Source: Gemmatimonadota bacterium
GTDB taxonomy: Bacteria; Gemmatimonadota; Gemmatimonadetes; Gemmatimonadales; GWC2-71-9
Reading direction: 5' to 3'
DNA: 41,274 nt
NCBI GenBank assembly: GCA_039931815.1
Contig: JBDTRF010000003.1
Span: forward strand, 1-41,274
Made by a program: the position numbers and the translations under genes. Below are positions 1 to 9,459 of this stretch, piece by piece (the stretch's first letter is position 1; each line of letters opens with the position of its first letter). The notes beneath the pieces were generated by a model. The model saw nothing but the letters and a program-made list of their open reading frames with translations. It had not been told where the DNA came from and did not search any database.

Positions 1-904
1 GACAACTGACGGTCCACGCTCTTCGCCCTTCCGGGGCGAGAAGACGAACCCGGGGGTTGAGGATCGCCCACTCCTCGACCATCGTGAGCATCTCGTGGTG
101 ATGCTTCCATCGTGACTCAATGCCGCCGTTTGCGTCGATCCGGTCAAGCTGGGCACGCAGCGCAAACCAGTGCGGTATGGCCGGCGTTGTCGCCGGTTCA
201 TTCCGGGAAGAGGCGTCTGCCATTCGCGCCACGTCCAGATAGAGCCCGCGTCCTTTCAGTTTTCTGGACCGATCCAGAAATCGAGGGCTCGCGTTCCCCA
301 AGGCCAGGCCGGGAGGCAGGGCCAAGGCCTTTTCCGAGCCCGCAAAAACAAAATCCAGGCCCCAGGCATCGGTCTCCACCGGTGACCCGGCGAGTGAACC
401 GGTCGCATCGACCAGGAGGTGGATATCCTTTTTCGCTCGAACGACTGGCGTGAGATCCGCCAGCGGCGCCAGGGCGCCGGTGGAGATTTCCGCGTGAACC
501 AGCGCGACCGCGTCCACTTCCGGACCATCGAGGAACTGGGCCAGATGCTCTGGATCCAGGGAGCGACCCGGGTGGACCATCACCCGAACCACTTCCTTTC
601 CGCACGCCAGGGCAATCTGGGCGAACTGCTCCCCGGAAGCCCCCCCGATGATTACCAGCACCCGTTCCTCTACTCCGCACCGGATGGCCGCCTCCATGAG
701 ACCATCGGCAGATCCGGCGGAGACAAATACTTCACGGCTGGTTCGAAACAGGCTCTTGAGTGGAGCGCGAAGAGACTGGACCATTTCGTCCATCTCTGGT
801 CCCCGGGAGGAAACCAGGGGATGGGCCAGTGCTTCGAGAATATGCGGGTGAACCTCCGCCGCGTCAGGGGAAAAACGATGGCCGGCAGCTGAATCAGGGC
901 TCAT
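1..904 (-). CDS. Class V PLP-dependent aminotransferase (alanine-glyoxylate/serine-pyruvate aminotransferase-like), divergent; 3' end runs off the window
   Basis: Manual translation from ATG at 904-902 (ATGA overlap with the pncA stop) is open to position 1: MSPDSAAGHRFSPDAAEVHP...GSADGLMEAA...VHAEISTG...LVDATGS...GSEKALALPPG...PATTP. These match the fold-type I class V motifs HxETSTG, VDAxSS and GSQKAL. Absent from the ORF track because there is no stop in the window. Confidence 0.85.
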   Translation of the reverse strand, partial: MSPDSAAGHRFSPDAAEVHPHILEALAHPLVSSRGPEMDEMVQSLRAPLKSLFRTSREVFVSAGSADGLMEAAIRCGVEERVLVIIGGASGEQFAQIALACGKEVVRVMVHPGRSLDPEHLAQFLDGPEVDAVALVHAEISTGALAPLADLTPVVRAKKDIHLLVDATGSLAGSPVETDAWGLDFVFAGSEKALALPPGLALGNASPRFLDRSRKLKGRGLYLDVARMADASSRNEPATTPAIPHWFALRAQLDRIDANGGIESRWKHHHEMLTMVEEWAILNPRVRLLAPEGRRAWTVSC

Positions 905-1575
905 GAAGTCGCGAGCGAGGCCGACGTCGTAGGAGTCTCGAGCACGCCGCCTTCGAGGATTTCTTCGGAACGTACCAGCCGAATGCCCTCTTCCGCCCAT
1001 TCCTTGAGCAGATGTTCGGCCAGCGCGGGCCGGATCGCCCGGGAGGAGTCGGTCACGAAGTACAGGCGGGTATGGGGGCGAATTCGTGCCAGTCCTTCGA
1101 TGGCAAACCGGACGCAGACGTCCGTCGCCACGCCGTAGAGAACGATCGCCGCCGGATCGAGGGCCCGGACCACCGGGGCGACGTTGGGATTGGTGAAGAC
1201 ATCGAACCAGTGCTTCTGGAAAAGGATGTCTCCGTCGTGGGCGACGGCTTTTTCCCCGATCCCGGGAAGGTGATGATCCGGCTCGATCAGCAGGGGGTTT
1301 CGCAGAGCGGTCTCGGGGATCTTCTCCTGTCCCCGGGAGCCGCGCATGCAATGAGGAGGGAAGGTTTCGTTAAAGTCGGGCGTCTCACTCAACTCCCGAT
1401 GGCCAGCCTGATGGTCGTCAGCACTGGCCAGGATGCGGATATGGTTCCGGTGAGCAAACTCCGTCAGGCTCGCCAGCAGCGGAATAATCTGTTCACCGCC
1501 GGGAACATAGAGTTTGCCGTCCGGGTGGATAAAATCATTCTGCGTATCGACATCCCAGAAGAGCAGGCTGTTCAT
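901..1575 (-). CDS. pncA: Nicotinamidase / isochorismatase-family cysteine hydrolase
   Basis: DVDTQNDF, DDH, FPPHC, K (FQKH) and ATDVCV motifs (Asp-Lys-Cys triad plus metal ligands). Lies directly downstream of nicotinate phosphoribosyltransferase. Confidence 0.85.
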   Translation of the reverse strand: MNSLLFWDVDTQNDFIHPDGKLYVPGGEQIIPLLASLTEFAHRNHIRILASADDHQAGHRELSETPDFNETFPPHCMRGSRGQEKIPETALRNPLLIEPDHHLPGIGEKAVAHDGDILFQKHWFDVFTNPNVAPVVRALDPAAIVLYGVATDVCVRFAIEGLARIRPHTRLYFVTDSSRAIRPALAEHLLKEWAEEGIRLVRSEEILEGGVLETPTTSASLATS

Positions 1576-1728
1576 GGCACAGTCCAGGTCGGAGTCGCAC
1601 CGTCACGCCGGTGAACTCAGTGGATGGCACTGACATCACGGCGTAAACCAGGGAGGAGCGGAACTAAAGCTAATGGAACGATCGGAAAGCAACCGAAGTC
1701 GATCCCCACTTGAATCGCCGGACCATGC

Positions 1729-2784
1729 CTACGACACTTTCTCGAGCCGATGGTTTGGGTGATAGCCCCTCCCGGCCTTGGCGCAGGGTTTTCCCTCCAG
1801 CAGAACGACGTCCGCAGTGAAATCAAATCGACCCTGAAAGAGCGACGATCCGACGCCATAGGCATCGACCGGGACCTCCAGGGCTTCGAATTCGTGGATC
1901 TTGTCGACGGTGAACCCGCCGGAGACGATGATACGGACCGAAGCAAACCCAGCATCATCGAGCGCCGATCGAATATTGTGAATCAGCTGAGGACAGACCC
2001 CCGTGGGCTTGAACCGGCCCATCTGGGGAATCACGGAGCGATCGACCAGCATTTCGCTGGTGTCGATCCGGACACCGTAGAGGCGATCCCCCAGCGCTTG
2101 CGCGCACTCCAACGATGTACGAACGCAGTCGTTGTCGAAATCAACCAGGGTCACCAGGCGTACCTCGTCGGTGACGTGTTCGGCGAACTTCCGGCTCGCC
2201 AGGACGGTATCGCCACCATATGCGGCGATCAGGGCATGAGGCACGGTCCCAATCCCCGCACTTCCCCACCACGAAGCCTGCGCATCGGTCGACACTCCAA
2301 TCGCACCGGCAACATGGGCGGCATAGCCGTCACCGGTCTGCACCAGCCAGTGATCGTGCCGGGCGGGGAAGAACATGACCTCCTTCGGATGGGCGGCCTC
2401 AACCACTCGGCGGGTATTGGTTCCTACCCGAGTACGGCGCGCGAGGACGCCGAGGTACAGCGTTTCCAGGTGCGCAAAGGCGTCATAGGGGCCTTCGATC
2501 ATCATCACGGTCTCCCACGGTGCAACCTCGTCGCCGTCGTACAGGGCGCTCACTTCCATAGCGGGCCAATCATGGGAGCATTGTTTCAGGATCGCGATGG
2601 CCTCGTCCATTCCCCCGAGAAAAGCATGTGATTTCCCGAAGACCTGCATGGTAACCCTCGGCCGGTAGTCATCGGCGAGGAGGATCTCCCGCGCGCGCAC
2701 GAAATATTTATCCGAGTAATAGCCGGACCTCATCTTCTCGATGGGAAGGTTGAAGACGGAGGGATCGAGTCGCGGGCGTCGCAT
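1729..2784 (-). CDS. pncB: Nicotinate phosphoribosyltransferase (type II PRTase, short QAPRTase-like subgroup)
   Basis: YSDKYF, ETLYLG, GTVPHAL (phosphorylatable His), LVDFDND, GVRIDT, IIVSGG and YGVGS motifs. Start taken as the ATG at 2784 (MRRPRLDP); alternative start at 2829. Confidence 0.85.
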   Translation of the reverse strand: MRRPRLDPSVFNLPIEKMRSGYYSDKYFVRAREILLADDYRPRVTMQVFGKSHAFLGGMDEAIAILKQCSHDWPAMEVSALYDGDEVAPWETVMMIEGPYDAFAHLETLYLGVLARRTRVGTNTRRVVEAAHPKEVMFFPARHDHWLVQTGDGYAAHVAGAIGVSTDAQASWWGSAGIGTVPHALIAAYGGDTVLASRKFAEHVTDEVRLVTLVDFDNDCVRTSLECAQALGDRLYGVRIDTSEMLVDRSVIPQMGRFKPTGVCPQLIHNIRSALDDAGFASVRIIVSGGFTVDKIHEFEALEVPVDAYGVGSSLFQGRFDFTADVVLLEGKPCAKAGRGYHPNHRLEKVS

Positions 2785-3023
2785 GGATGAGTCAGGGATG
2801 GGGAGGAAGGTGCCTGAGAGGTTCAACATCAGAAAAGTTGGGTAGCCGATTCATTGCCTGCCCGTCCCGTCCTTTTCCCCTGCTGTGGTTTTTCACGCGC
2901 GGCAGCGGCCGATTCCGTAACCAGGAGCCTGCGTCTCAGGGTCTGAGGAGAATTTGAAAAGGTAGGATCGGGTTCCCGGGCTGACAAGCGGACGAGACGA
3001 CTGACCAGCGTGCGTGGGAGCCC

Positions 3024-3069
3024 TTGACACTTTTCCGGCGAGACGCAACATTGTCCACATTGTGAAACA
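3024..3069 (+). promoter_or_regulatory. Putative sigma70 promoter plus overlapping palindromic operator of the IclR gene
   Basis: TTGACA at 3024-3029, 17-nt spacer, weak -10 AACATT at 3047-3052. Imperfect palindrome TCCACA-T-TGTGAA at 3054-3066 overlaps the GTG at 3062. Confidence 0.5.
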
Positions 3070-3901
3070 CCATCCCACAAACGAAGGATCCCGGCCCACC
3101 GGTACGCAGGCGGTGGCCCGTGCGTTTTCCATTCTGGGCGCCTTTGGCGATGCGAACCCCGAATGGGGCCTGGCCGATCTGTCGCGCAGCCTGGGCCTCA
3201 CTCGGACCACCACGCTCCGCCTCCTGAGCGCGCTGGAGCGCGAGGGCATGGTATCGCGCTACGGCGTCGCGGGCGCCTATCGACTGGGACCTCGAGCGAT
3301 CGAGCTGGGCGCGCTGGCCCAGCGGTCCAACACGCTGCATGACGCCGCGCACGGTGAACTCGAGCTCCTGGCCCATGAAACCGGGGAGACGACGAGCCTG
3401 GAGGTGCTGGTTGGCAGCGACGTCCTCATCCTCGACGAGGTCCAGGGCCGGCACAAATTGAGTCCCGCTCCAGTTATTGGAGCCCGGTGGCCGGCCCACG
3501 CGGCTTCGACCGGGAAGGTGTTGCTCGCCGCGCGGCGCCGGGGAGAGGGCCTCATCCACGAGGAGGCACCGGCAGCCGCACCGCTCATTCGCCTGACACC
3601 GAGCACCATCACCTCGCGCGCGCGACTCAACGCCGAGCTGGACCGGGTTTCCGAGCAGGGATTCGCCATCGCGGTGGAAGAACTCGAAGACGGATATGTG
3701 GCGGTTGGTGCGCCCGTGCGGAACCACCAGGGGCACATCGTGGCGGCCATCAGTGTTGGCGGGCCTCTGCCCCGTTTTGGACCGGACCGTTTGAACGAGC
3801 TGGTGGGGCCTGTTCGGCAGTGCGCCGAGCGCATCTCCCGCCGCCTTGGAGCAGGCGGCGCGCCACGGCTGGTTTCCCGAAAGAATCTCGCCCGGGCCTG
3901 A
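3062..3901 (+). CDS. IclR-family transcriptional regulator
   Basis: N-terminal wHTH (QAVARAFSIL...GLTRTTTLRLLSALEREG...YRLG) and effector domain (AHAASTGKVLLA, TPSTIT, GFAIAVEELEDG, AAISVGGP). Start taken as GTG 3062; the ORF-track start at 3014 precedes the -35 element. Confidence 0.92.
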   Translation: MKHHPTNEGSRPTGTQAVARAFSILGAFGDANPEWGLADLSRSLGLTRTTTLRLLSALEREGMVSRYGVAGAYRLGPRAIELGALAQRSNTLHDAAHGELELLAHETGETTSLEVLVGSDVLILDEVQGRHKLSPAPVIGARWPAHAASTGKVLLAARRRGEGLIHEEAPAAAPLIRLTPSTITSRARLNAELDRVSEQGFAIAVEELEDGYVAVGAPVRNHQGHIVAAISVGGPLPRFGPDRLNELVGPVRQCAERISRRLGAGGAPRLVSRKNLARA

Positions 3902-3954
3902 GCCACGGCCGACGGCATTTTCCCCTGTTTTTTCCCGACCAGGATTCGATTCCA

Positions 3955-4851
3955 ATGAAGCGCTCGTGGTTTCTTCTCACCGGTTTGATGGTCCTGACGA
4001 GTTTCGATCCCGCGGTTCACGCTACCGCGGGGCCCTCACCCCGCGGGTACCTCTTCATCGTGGGCGGTGGAAGTCAACCCGACACCCTGGTGGCTCGGTT
4101 CATCGAACTCGCCGGGGGGAAGGGCCACGCGAGGATCGCGGTGGTCCCGATGGCGAGCGAGGAAGCCCAGGCAACGGGTGATGAGAAAGCGGAAGACCTG
4201 CATCAACGCGGGGTGGAAGCATTCGTCGTCAATCTCACTCGCGCCCAGGCGGAGACGGACTCGGCGGCCGCGCTGCTGGCTCACGCGACCGGTATCTGGT
4301 TTACCGGTGGCGACCAGATGCGGTTGACCCCGATTCTCCTGGGCACGCCCACACTGCGCGCGATCAGGGATCGGTATGCGGCGGGCGCGGTGATCGGCGG
4401 AACCTCCGCGGGTGCCGCCATCATGTCGGACTCGATGATCACCGGCAATCAGTATCGTGAACCTCCGGATACGAACGGTTACTACGGCGATGAGTATCCG
4501 GCGTTGGCCCGGCACATGACGGAGGTGGTCCCCGGGTTGGGGTTTCTTCATGGCGCGATCGTCGACCAGCACTTCATCACCCGCGAGCGGACGAACCGTC
4601 TGTTAAGCGCGGTCCTCGAGCGCCCGACGCTGCTCGGGGTCGGTATCGACGAAGGCACGGCGCTCGAGGTCGCACCGGATGGGATCTGGCACGTACTGGG
4701 CGCGAGCGCCGTCATGGTATACGACGCGCGCGGGATTCGCATCACCCGCTCGGGCTCCCCGGTGCTGGGGGCGGTCGATATCCGACTTCACGTTCTTCCC
4801 GCTGGCAGTCTCTACGATCCTCGCCGGCACCGGGCCTCGCTGCCCGAATGA
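3955..4851 (+). CDS. Exported cyanophycinase (peptidase family S51, CphB/CphE-like)
   Basis: Signal peptide MKRSWFLLTGLMVL...VHA from ATG 3955. Motifs LFIVGGG, FTGGDQ, GGTSAGA (catalytic Ser), VDQHFITRERTNRL (His plus Arg pocket) and GIDE (Glu). Confidence 0.9.
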   Translation: MKRSWFLLTGLMVLTSFDPAVHATAGPSPRGYLFIVGGGSQPDTLVARFIELAGGKGHARIAVVPMASEEAQATGDEKAEDLHQRGVEAFVVNLTRAQAETDSAAALLAHATGIWFTGGDQMRLTPILLGTPTLRAIRDRYAAGAVIGGTSAGAAIMSDSMITGNQYREPPDTNGYYGDEYPALARHMTEVVPGLGFLHGAIVDQHFITRERTNRLLSAVLERPTLLGVGIDEGTALEVAPDGIWHVLGASAVMVYDARGIRITRSGSPVLGAVDIRLHVLPAGSLYDPRRHRASLPE

Positions 4852-4918
4852 TCACGCGTACGAATACCGCACCCATTCACGCTCACCTAAGCGCGACTCT
4901 CGTCCCGGAGGAATCACG

Positions 4919-7900
4919 ATGACACGTTGGCGAAACATATGGATCGGCGCGATTGGACTGGGAATGACCATGCTCCTGGGCGGAGTTGCCGTCGCCCAGG
5001 CCCAGACCGCCACAGTGCGCGGCACCGTGTCGGATTCGGCTAACCTCCTGCCACTGGCCGGCGCAGAAGTCACCGTCGTGGGGACCGCGGCGCGGACGAG
5101 CGTTCGGGCCAATGGACAATACATCCTGTCCAACCTGACGCCGGGGAGCCTGACGATCCAGGTCCGGATGATCGGTTACCGGTCGGTCCGTCGTACGTTG
5201 ACGGTAGCCGATGGCGAGGAGTCGGTCGCCGATTTCACCTTGACGAGCCAGCCGATCAGCCTGGAAGATATCGTCGTGATCGGCTACGGGACGGCGCTCC
5301 GGAGCGAGCTCAGCACGGCGATCTCGTCGGTGAACTCCAAGGCGCTGGAAGGCATCACCGTCGCGAGTCCGGACGCCGCCCTCCAGGGCCGGGCACCGGG
5401 CGTCGAGATCACGGAAAACGCGGGAAATCCGGGCAACGGAATCACGGTTCGGATTCGCGGCACTTCGTCGCTCAGCGCGAGCAGTCAGCCGCTCTTCGTG
5501 ATCGACGGTGTTCCGATGATCTCGGAGGATATTTCTTCGCTGGACCTGGGCGGCCAGAGCATCACCGCGGTGACCGGCATCAGCCCCAGTGACATTGCGA
5601 GCATGGATATCCTGAAGGATGCCGCCGCCGCCGCGATTTATGGTTCGCGCGGGTCGAATGGCGTCATCATTATCACAACCAAGCGAGGCAGACCGGGCAA
5701 AGGGCAGCTGACTCTGGACAGCTATTTCGGAACCCAGGCCGCCTCCCGCCGGCTCGGCCTGCTCAATTCGACGCAGTATCTCCAGTTTTTTAATGAGTCG
5801 GCGGAAAACGACGGGTATGGCGCGGATTTTTATGGCGTGGTTGGCGTGGACGACCAGGTCAATACCGACTGGCAGAACGAAGTGCTCCGGCACGCGCCGA
5901 TTGGAAACACCGAGCTGGCCGTATCCGGTGGTGACGATCGGATGCAGTATCGAGTATCCGGCAACTGGTTTGATCAGACCGGCATCGTCATTGGCTCAGG
6001 ATACCGCCGACTTGGGGGCAGGGCCAACCTCGATTTCAACGCGGGGCAGCGCCTGAATTTCAGCACCTCGCTTTCCATCGCCGGGGAGCGCAATGACCGG
6101 ATCGAGAATGATGGAAGCGCGTCGGGCATCATCACCAACGCCGTGGGGAATGCTCCCCTGTACCCGGTTCGCCACGACGGTGATTTCACTGGCGTGGGCG
6201 GGAGTTTCCCCGATGGATTGCAGTACCCCAACAGCGTCGCGCTGGCGACACTCAACACCGCCCAGGCGCGAACCCTCCGTACCCTGGGCAATGTCGAATC
6301 CCGTTTCTCGGTTCGATCCAACCTGCTGCTGACGTCCCGCCTGGGCGTCGACCTGTACGACGTCCGCGAAAACCAGTTTGAGTCGCCCCGCGTTTCCGGC
6401 ACCTATCCCGCGAGTTCCGGCGGGGTGGCCAAAAGCGGATACTCTTCGTTCAACAAATATGTCCTCGACAATTTCCTCACCTTCAATCCGGGCCTGTCCT
6501 CCACCCAGTCGCTGACGGTGACGGCTGGCAATAGTCTCGAGTTGAATCGAAGCGAGTTCAATTTCATCCGGGGCGAAGGGTTGACCAATGACCGATTCAC
6601 CCAGGTCCACAACGCCACCAAGATCATCTCCGGTGACGCCTCGACCGGCCGAAGCAACCTGATATCGTTTTTCTCCCGGGCCAGCTACAGCCTCAAGAGC
6701 AAATACCTGGCGGCGGCAAGTCTTCGGGCCGATGGTTCCTCGAAGTTTGCCACCAACAACAAGTGGGGTGTGTTTCCCGCGATTTCCGCCGCCTGGGTGA
6801 TGAGCGAGGAATCATTTCTCTCGCGAAGCCGGTGGATGGACAATCTCAAGCTTCGCGCCAGTTTCGGCCTGACCGGCAACCAGTCGATCAGCGACTTCCC
6901 CTGGCAGGGTACCTTCGGCACGGCCAACTACGGAGACAGTGGAGGCACCGCTCCCACCCGCCTGGCCAACCCGGACCTCAAGTGGGAATCCACCTCGCAG
7001 TTCGACATTGGCATTGACGCCGACCTGTTTGGTGAACGGGTGAACCTGAGCGTGGATTATTACCGGAAGCACACCCAGGACCTGCTGCTCGAGCTGCCGA
7101 TCACGTCGACCGCAGGATTCTCCAGCATCATCAGCAATGCCGGGGCAATTCAGAACAACGGTATCGAGGTGGCTCTCACCACCATTAACAAGCAGAGTGA
7201 TCGGCCGGGCGGATTTCACTGGAGCACCACCTTCAACTTCGCCGCCAATCGGAACCGGGTGACCGACCTGGCCAACAACAGTCCCGTGACCGGAGGAATC
7301 CGGAGCATCAACCGGGTCGAAGTGGGCCAGCCCATCGGCGCCTTCTACACGCTCAAGTTCCTGGGCGTTGATCCCGACAGTGGAAACGCGATCTATGAGG
7401 ACGTGAACAACGATGGTGTCATCGACTCGGGCGACCGCCAGATCGTGGGAAGCCCGTTTCCCGACTTTACCGGCGGTTTCATCAATGATATGTCGGTGGG
7501 GCGTTTCAGCCTGTCCACGTTTTTTACCTTCAGCGTTGGAGCCGACGTCTTTAACGCCATGCGTATTTTCAGTGACGCCGGCGGCTGGTACACCGATAAC
7601 CAGTTCAGTAATGTGATGAACCGCTGGCAGAAACCGGGGGATGTCACGGACGTACCGCGCGCAAGCTATGATGGGACGTCAGGCGCGCGGGAGATCTCCA
7701 GTCGGTTTATCGAGGACGGCTCGTATCTCAGGCTCAAGGAAGTTTCCCTGGGCTATGAGCTCCCCGAGCGGCTCAGCGGCTGGCTGGGCATGTCCCGAGC
7801 CCACGTCTATGTGTCGGGGCGAAATCTCTTCACGATCACGGGATATACCGGCTACAGCCCTGAAGTGAACAGCAACGGCTCGAACAACAGGATCGAGCTG

Positions 7901-7966
7901 GGCACTGATTTTTACGCGTATCCCATTGCCCGCACCTTCACCTTCGGCATCCAGGCGGGGTGGTAA
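4919..7966 (+). CDS. susC: SusC/RagA-family TonB-dependent outer-membrane transporter
   Basis: GGAGG RBS before ATG 4919, signal peptide, and carboxypeptidase-regulatory-like N-terminal domain (VRGTV...LAGAEV...IGY). Plug motifs VVIGYG, IRIRG, PLFVIDG, ILKDAAAAAIYGSRGSNGVIIITTK. Barrel motifs NPDLKWE, EDGSYLRLK, C-terminal YP.ARTFTFGIQAGW. Confidence 0.95.
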   Translation: MTRWRNIWIGAIGLGMTMLLGGVAVAQAQTATVRGTVSDSANLLPLAGAEVTVVGTAARTSVRANGQYILSNLTPGSLTIQVRMIGYRSVRRTLTVADGEESVADFTLTSQPISLEDIVVIGYGTALRSELSTAISSVNSKALEGITVASPDAALQGRAPGVEITENAGNPGNGITVRIRGTSSLSASSQPLFVIDGVPMISEDISSLDLGGQSITAVTGISPSDIASMDILKDAAAAAIYGSRGSNGVIIITTKRGRPGKGQLTLDSYFGTQAASRRLGLLNSTQYLQFFNESAENDGYGADFYGVVGVDDQVNTDWQNEVLRHAPIGNTELAVSGGDDRMQYRVSGNWFDQTGIVIGSGYRRLGGRANLDFNAGQRLNFSTSLSIAGERNDRIENDGSASGIITNAVGNAPLYPVRHDGDFTGVGGSFPDGLQYPNSVALATLNTAQARTLRTLGNVESRFSVRSNLLLTSRLGVDLYDVRENQFESPRVSGTYPASSGGVAKSGYSSFNKYVLDNFLTFNPGLSSTQSLTVTAGNSLELNRSEFNFIRGEGLTNDRFTQVHNATKIISGDASTGRSNLISFFSRASYSLKSKYLAAASLRADGSSKFATNNKWGVFPAISAAWVMSEESFLSRSRWMDNLKLRASFGLTGNQSISDFPWQGTFGTANYGDSGGTAPTRLANPDLKWESTSQFDIGIDADLFGERVNLSVDYYRKHTQDLLLELPITSTAGFSSIISNAGAIQNNGIEVALTTINKQSDRPGGFHWSTTFNFAANRNRVTDLANNSPVTGGIRSINRVEVGQPIGAFYTLKFLGVDPDSGNAIYEDVNNDGVIDSGDRQIVGSPFPDFTGGFINDMSVGRFSLSTFFTFSVGADVFNAMRIFSDAGGWYTDNQFSNVMNRWQKPGDVTDVPRASYDGTSGAREISSRFIEDGSYLRLKEVSLGYELPERLSGWLGMSRAHVYVSGRNLFTITGYTGYSPEVNSNGSNNRIELGTDFYAYPIARTFTFGIQAGW

Positions 7967-8006
7967 CATGTCTCATATAACTCTTTCCGCCTCGAGGGGA
8001 CCAGCC

Positions 8007-9365
8007 ATGCTGACCCGCTTTGCCATGACGCTGGGCCTGGCCCTGGCGTTGAATGGATGTAACTCACTGCTCGATACCAACCCGATCGATGAGATCCCGG
8101 AATCCGAGGCGATCATATCGGCCTCAGGGGCGCGAGCGGCCCTGGCCGGCGCCTACAATTCGCTGCAAGGCGGGGGGTACTATTACGACGATTTCTACCT
8201 GCTCCAGGATCTCTCCGCCGACAACGCGATCCAGGCGGATGGGGCCACGTCCAACAGCTACGCCGATGCCGACGGGAACCAGCTTCGGGCCGACAACCCG
8301 GCGGTGAACGCCATCTGGTCATCGATCTATTCCGGCATCCACCGGACGAACGTGCTGCTGCGGGATGTGCCCGGCGTGCCCGATCTCAGCGCCGTCGATC
8401 GCGATCAGATTCTCGGCGAAGCGCATTTCCTGAGAGGCCTGCATTATTTCAACCTGGTGCGGCTGTTTGGCGGAGTCCCTCTCCGACTGGCGCCGGCAAC
8501 CAGCGTCGAGGAGGCGTCGGTCATCGCGCGGAGTACGGAAGCCGAAACCTACGCCCAGATCATCGATGATCTCCAGCAATCGGAGACCTTGATGACCAGC
8601 ACCGGCGTCACGACCCAGGGAACGCCGGGCGCCGCCAAGGCTCTGCTGGCTGAGGTCTACCTTTACCAGCAGGACTGGTCGAACGCCCTTGCCAAGTCAG
8701 ACGAAGTGATTGGACTGGGATATAGCCTGGCGCCAACCTTCGGGGACCTGTTTGACACTGAAGGCATTGATACGCCGGAAGACATCTTCAAAGTACTGTT
8801 CACCGATGTCCAGTATCAGCTGATGTATCTCTGGATCACCTGCTCGGGGAGCGAAGGAGGCGGGTGCGAGCTGGCCCCGTCCCAGGACATGATCGACGCC
8901 TATGCCGATCCGTTCGATGCCGTGAACACGGATGTCCGCCTTACCTGGTCCATCATGGGCACGACGGCACCGGACGCCTGGGGCATCAAGTATCCCACGA
9001 CCTTTGGCGCGGAAGACCTCCACGTCATTCGATTTGCCGAGGTGCTCCTGATCAAGGCGGAGGCATCGGCCGAGCTGAATGACCTGGCGACGGCGGTGGG
9101 ACTGGTTAACCAGATTCGGACCCGGGCGGGTATCGACACGCTGGTGCTGGGAACTGACATCACGACGCAACAGGAGGTGCTGGACCAGATCGATCACCAG
9201 CGGCGGCTCGAGCTGTTTGCCGAAGGCGATCGCTGGATGGACCTGGTCCGAACGGGTCGAGTGGCGACAGTGATGCCCACCGTTCCGGCCTACCAGTATC
9301 TCTATCCGATCCCACAGTCCGAGATCGACGTCGCTCCCAACCTGGTGCAGAACCCGGGGTACTAG
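8007..9365 (+). CDS. susD: SusD/RagB-family nutrient-binding outer-membrane lipoprotein
   Basis: GAGGGG RBS before ATG 8007 (alternative ATG 7968), lipobox LNG-C. Motifs GEAHFLRGLHYFNLVRLFGGVP, AAKALLAEVYL, IRFAEVLLIKAEA, RRLELFAEGDRWMDLVR and PIPQSEI...QNPGY. Immediately after susC. Confidence 0.95.
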   Translation: MLTRFAMTLGLALALNGCNSLLDTNPIDEIPESEAIISASGARAALAGAYNSLQGGGYYYDDFYLLQDLSADNAIQADGATSNSYADADGNQLRADNPAVNAIWSSIYSGIHRTNVLLRDVPGVPDLSAVDRDQILGEAHFLRGLHYFNLVRLFGGVPLRLAPATSVEEASVIARSTEAETYAQIIDDLQQSETLMTSTGVTTQGTPGAAKALLAEVYLYQQDWSNALAKSDEVIGLGYSLAPTFGDLFDTEGIDTPEDIFKVLFTDVQYQLMYLWITCSGSEGGGCELAPSQDMIDAYADPFDAVNTDVRLTWSIMGTTAPDAWGIKYPTTFGAEDLHVIRFAEVLLIKAEASAELNDLATAVGLVNQIRTRAGIDTLVLGTDITTQQEVLDQIDHQRRLELFAEGDRWMDLVRTGRVATVMPTVPAYQYLYPIPQSEIDVAPNLVQNPGY

Positions 9366-9417
9366 GCCGGATCTCGCTATGTGATTCCTGGTTGGTAAAT
9401 TCCGGTTCATGATTGAC

Positions 9418-9459
9418 GAAACGCCTCTCGGAGTCCCGAGAGGCGTTTCACTTTCGTTT
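9418..9459 (+). terminator. Probable intrinsic terminator / stabilising hairpin after susD
   Basis: Perfect 14-bp stem GAAACGCCTCTCGG-agtc-CCGAGAGGCGTTTC followed by ACTTTCGTTT (imperfect U tract). Confidence 0.7.

Noticed and set aside
112-892. Plus-strand ORFs 112-453, 170-385 and 419-892
   Set aside because: Antisense shadows of the minus-strand aminotransferase, which has clear family motifs.
3487-3954. Long N-terminal extension of the cyanophycinase ORF (and likewise 4679-4918 for SusC)
   Set aside because: Overlaps the upstream genes, has low-complexity Arg/Pro/Gly translation, and signal peptides with plausible starts begin at 3955 and 4919.
4919-9365. Conventional glycan PUL (for example N-glycan utilization via glycosylasparaginase)
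   Set aside because: No glycoside hydrolases, sugar kinases or sugar transporters were recognised in the window, and the gene directly upstream of susC is a cyanophycinase. Not fully excluded.
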